Both the position numbers and the translations under genes were made by a program. Under the pieces are notes generated by a model. That model was not told the origin of the DNA and did no database searches. It was given only the letters and a program-made list of their open reading frames with translations. A stretch of DNA of 64,000 nt from Vicugna vicugna (lineage: Eukaryota): positions 1 through 64,000 of the forward strand of contig MU058366.1 in NCBI GenBank assembly GCA_013265495.1, read 5' to 3'. Numbering within the stretch: the first letter of the stretch is position 1; every line of letters begins with the position of its first letter. This document shows, one piece after another, positions 62,645 to 64,000 of the stretch.

Positions 62645-62800
62645 GTGGATTTGTTGGCACCAATGATTATTCACAGCATCATGACCCAGGGTGCCCGTCA
62701 GAAATTCTCCAGCTTGTACATCTCTCAGTTCATCATCATGTATAGTCTTGATGGAAACAAGTGGCAGAGTTATCGAGGGAATTCCACGGGGACCTTAATG
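62645..62800 (+). CDS. F8: Factor VIII exon 22 (C1)
   Basis: gtag|GTGGAT...TAATG|gtatgt; 156 nt; VDLLAPMIIHSIMTQGARQKFSSLYISQF...GNSTGTLM. Confidence 0.97.
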
Positions 62801-63559
62801 GTATGTAATGGGTCCTTTCAAGGGAATGCATGAATCTTTTAAAGAGCTTTTGACAGATTTCACATATGGAACAAATACTCATAGCTTCTACACATTCAAC
62901 CCCCGGAAAAGAATTTTCCACTCATGGGCAATAGGAGTGATTATGGACATATGGACAAAAAGTGGTAGCATCAAGGATCTCACAGATAATAGAAATGAAG
63001 AGATGCTCTATTGACAGAAATATGTGATTCAGGACTATGTCGATTGACAAGATTGTGAGTTTGCTTGTGAATATTCTAGGTCTGAAGTGCTAGTATGGCA
63101 ACCAGACTCAAAAACACAGCAGCTTCATCTACGCTTCCCTCATTCTTCCATCCTCTGATGAATATCCCCAAGTCCAGCCAGCTCTTTCTTTCTCATGCCT
63201 CCCGTGTCACTTTGGGGATCCTGTGATCAGTCCCCTGCCTAAAGCCTTTTAATGTCTCCCTCTTGTCTTCAGAATAAAGTTCAAAGTCCTCAAATGGCTC
63301 TGTGCAGGGTAACTCCTGTGCGCTCTGTAGCTCCAGCTTCCTGCTTCTCTGCCCTGCTTCTTGTTCTGTGAGCCTGGCCTGTGTGGAACCTATCAGTAGG
63401 CTACCTTAGCCTCTAGCTTTTCATTTGGGCTTCACCAACAGGGAGAACTGGCAAGAGATCAGAGGAAGGGAGGAGAGTGATAGCAGGATATTTATTCTCC
63501 TGGCTCCCTCCTGGTAGAGGATTTGGCTGTATCTCTCCACTGAATGTCACTTTCTCTAC

Positions 63560-64000
63560 CTGTTCCTGTTACTACAGCTTAGTACCAAACTACCTCAAAA
63601 CTTAGCGTCATTAGAAAACTCATTTTGTTTTGTTGTTGAATTCTGTGAGTCAGGACCTTGAACAGGGTACAGCAGGGGTGTCCTGTCTCCCTTCTCCACA
63701 ATATCTGGGGCTCACCTGGGAAGATTCAACAGCTGGGTGTGGAGTCATTTGGAGGCACCTTTACTTGCATGTCTGGTGGTGAGGCTGACTAACCTAACCT
63801 GGATTTCTTACACGGCATCTTAGGGACTCCACTTTGAGTGTTCCAGCTAACAAGATGAGACTACATCACCTTTTCTGATCTAGCCTCTTAAGTCACCAGG
63901 ATCTCTTCCAATACATTCTATTAGATATAAGCAGGTCATATATCCACCCAGATTCAAGGGGAAGGGACACAGACCCAATTCTCAATGGGAAGAATGTAAA
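63560..64000. mobile_element. MaLR (MLT1H/J-like) LTR remnant running off the window end
   Basis: Motifs cctcaaaacttagc, ttctgatctagcctc, cccagattcaaggggaaggg. Confidence 0.55.

Larger units (their letters stand above)
6842..62800 (+). other. F8: F8 gene, partial (exons 2-22; exon 1 and exons 23-26 lie outside the window)
   Basis: 21 exons with AG/GT ends and compatible phases, 5983 nt in total. FVIII motifs retained: PQLR (R336), IQIR/SVA (R372), EPR/SF (R740), RHQR (R1648), GPR/SF (R1689), sulfotyrosine contexts, and C1 RQKFSS. Confidence 0.99.

Noticed and set aside
62801..64000. Intron 22 nested genes (F8A1, H2AB, F8B start) or int22h repeat
   Set aside because: No CpG island or matching ORF in the 1.2 kb present; these would lie beyond the window.
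1..64000. CRISPR arrays, operons or other prokaryotic systems
   Set aside because: The DNA is eukaryotic intron/exon sequence and has no regularly spaced repeat-spacer arrays.

Overview
This is mammalian genomic DNA covering the middle of the coagulation factor VIII gene (F8) on the + strand. It holds the end of intron 1, exons 2-22 and the start of intron 22. All 21 exons have canonical AG/GT boundaries and splice into one open frame of 5983 nt encoding A1-a1-A2-a2-B-a3-A3-C1. Every exon matches the human length as I recall it except exon 14 (2803 nt), whose B domain is 807 aa, 101 aa shorter than human. Short tRNA-Ala-like SINEs (Vic-1 type) and the L1 3' ends point to a camelid; this is an inference. 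Introns contain L1, L2, MaLR/ERV LTRs, Tigger/Charlie MITEs and microsatellites. I found no convincing new biological system. The best leads are: (i) a 145-nt L1-tail-like unit present twice with the same end point, once fused to a different L1 fragment; (ii) a young, open-frame internal L1 ORF2 fragment with no tail or TSD in intron 7; (iii) the shortened B domain; (iv) FVIII substitutions at functional sites; (v) a perfect 38-bp palindrome. Residue numbers are human mature-protein numbering, and human comparisons are from memory and need an alignment.
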